From: Tubiluchus corallicola
Taxonomy: Eukaryota; Animalia; Priapulida
Reading direction: 5' to 3'
Assembly: GCA_030141605.1 (NCBI GenBank)
Contig: JAQGDQ010000006.1
Span: 1-64,000, forward strand
DNA length: 64,000 nucleotides
Position numbers and translations under genes: made by a program. Shown piece by piece: positions 61,890-64,000 of the stretch. The notes under the pieces are model-generated. The model worked only from the letters and a program-made list of their open reading frames with translations, had not been told where the DNA came from and ran no database searches. Position 1 is the stretch's first letter; every line of letters starts with the position of its first letter.

Positions 61890-64000
61890 GAACGAAAGAC
61901 TGCATCGTTTTCGAATTTTGTGAAAAAAGTTTGAAATTTAGATAAAATTAGATAAAATTCATAGAATCGAATGTCTATGTTGGACAAAGGAAGGGCAGAC
62001 ACAGGACTCTGTAAGCTGCTAAGATCGACAAATGCGAGTACTGATGGCCACAGTCAATGAAATCTAATAAAATTAAAAAGAAAATGTTAGCTAAGCCAGG
62101 CACTTACAGTACTGCACAGTTTAGGCTACCTTAGACCTACGAACCTGCTCCATAGAAGCCAGACGCCAAATGCCCTTTAGCTGATGACTGAAGTTGAGAT
62201 TTGTCATTTTTCAATGCCCATATCACGTATCTAGTGGCGGAAATGCAAATCGATTCCTTGCTGTTTCTACAATTAGTCGTGTTCCAGTTAGACGCTGCAC
62301 GAAAACTATTGGCCATTTGTCACACTAATGTGGAACACTTCATGATTTATGAATGCAGATTAAGCACTTGTTGTGTGTCAGGACGTGTGCCGAACAGACG
62401 CCATTTGCTGTCATTCAATACTGGCTTGCTATAGGCATAAAATATGAATTACGCTTAGCATCGAGGTGTTGTTACTGACAAAAGCGGTGATAAACTATTT
62501 ATGGCTGCTGTTAACAGATGTAGCGGTATATAGATGTTACATTGTAGTATTCGAGTCGTATAGAGACAAGAACAAAACATCATACAAACATAAAGTGATT
62601 AGGGCAATCACCTCTGCTGAAAGTCCAAAAATTAAACAGGCGAAAAACTAAAAACTAGAACAACATACAGAACGTAGACAAAAATATTTTCCAATTTTCC
62701 GCCATTTCTGTTTGCTAATCCAGGCTATGGAGAGTTCGAGTCACGACACTGACTATTCTTATTTAGTATTTACTTCACAATCTCCCAGTCACGAGAGCCT
62801 TTTAAAAGGCAATGCGACAGCGAAAAAGTATTAAAATGAACACACCTAATGATCAAGGAATAGAGGCGAAAGGAATGAGAAGATGATTTCGTAACAGCAA
62901 AACATTAAATCATCTTCATATTTTTGTTTTTAAGGCTGCAGAGTAAAAAAGGTTAAATAATTCTATTAAGATGTACGATTTCGAATTCAACAATCTCACG
63001 AAATGGCCACTTTGTCATATTAAGTGTAAATCGTCACTGTCAATATTGCGTCATAACCGTGTGTCAATTAATTTCATAAATCATGGTGTCACAATTTTTG
63101 ACAACCTAGTAGATTTCGTGGAATTTGCAGTGGCATTTAGACAGTCTCCTTTTACACACATGCAGGCATCTGTATAGTAAACATCTTAACGCAATGAGCA
63201 TCTGAAATAAGCATCCAAAAATATATGGCAGTGCCCCGGAAAGATAATAAAATACCAACCGCAGCCAACATTTGTAGGATGACTTGTCCAATGAGCAATA
63301 AAATGCCAAACGTCGTAGTATTAAAAATAAACTCTTGCAAGCTTCTGTGATATTAGGTAGCCCTGCAGACGTTACACACAGCGGCGTTTCAGTGCTTAAA
63401 CTACAAAAATAACACGTGTGCAGGAACTTTACCTCCTATCACTATGTTTATAGGATTCATTTAGAGAAAAGCACCGACTTTATACCTTCTCTAAATATTT
63501 ACGGCATAATTTCTGGACCATTTCTGGACACACAAGTCTCTCATTCATGAGAGATGGCTAACATTCTGTCCGCGCAGTGTATATTGTCGTGCTTGTTTGT
63601 AAACACGTGGAGTGGTAGTTTTCACGCCATTTTTTATATTTTTCACCAACGGCTGTTAAGTTGTCGACCGCTTGACTCATATCTCCCATATTTTAAATCT
63701 TTATGAGATATTATGGTAACTTCACATAAATGTTTTATCTTAATTTCTCAAACATGTTGTCAAGGCACGAACGCCCGTTTTAGATACATTTCCTCGTCAC
63801 TTTCTAATTATTGCTGAAAAATCATTACACTGACATGAGATGTCATCAAGCAAACTTTTTTACGTTATGAAAATCCCAGGACCTTGAGGCTTAAGCACAC
63901 AACTATCGTGCTTTCACTGTTTTTGTCGTTTTAAGGTGACTTTGAACAGATTTCCAACTGATTTCTTTTACACCATTAAAAACATGGCCGTGAATAAAGT

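Overview
AT-rich, intron-containing eukaryotic (invertebrate metazoan-like) genomic DNA. No prokaryotic genes, rRNA, intact tRNA or CRISPR array were seen. 1-16.5 kb is a repeat mosaic: a near-identical 1814-bp tandem duplication, an 82-bp minisatellite built on a hAT-like terminus, two TGT..ACA TIR MITEs, a foldback-like element and LINE relics. Threaded through it on the minus strand is a spliced gene the ORF track misses: four exons clearly homologous to the ARM region of ZER1/ZYG11, plus three phase-compatible, hydrophobic 5' exons that are not ZER1-like (possible chimeric gene). 16.9-22.0 kb is a 3'-truncated Ty3/Gypsy element with a 404-bp LTR containing a long G-U-rich hairpin, a tRNA-Leu PBS, gag, a -1 frameshift pseudoknot and PR-RT-RH with one nonsense codon. 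32-40.5 kb (minus) carries a spliced gene with two matrin/JAZ-type C2H2 fingers (ZNF385/ZMAT-like). 41-64 kb has no recognisable gene, only microsatellites, palindromes and transposon relics. All calls are by eye; no database search was run.
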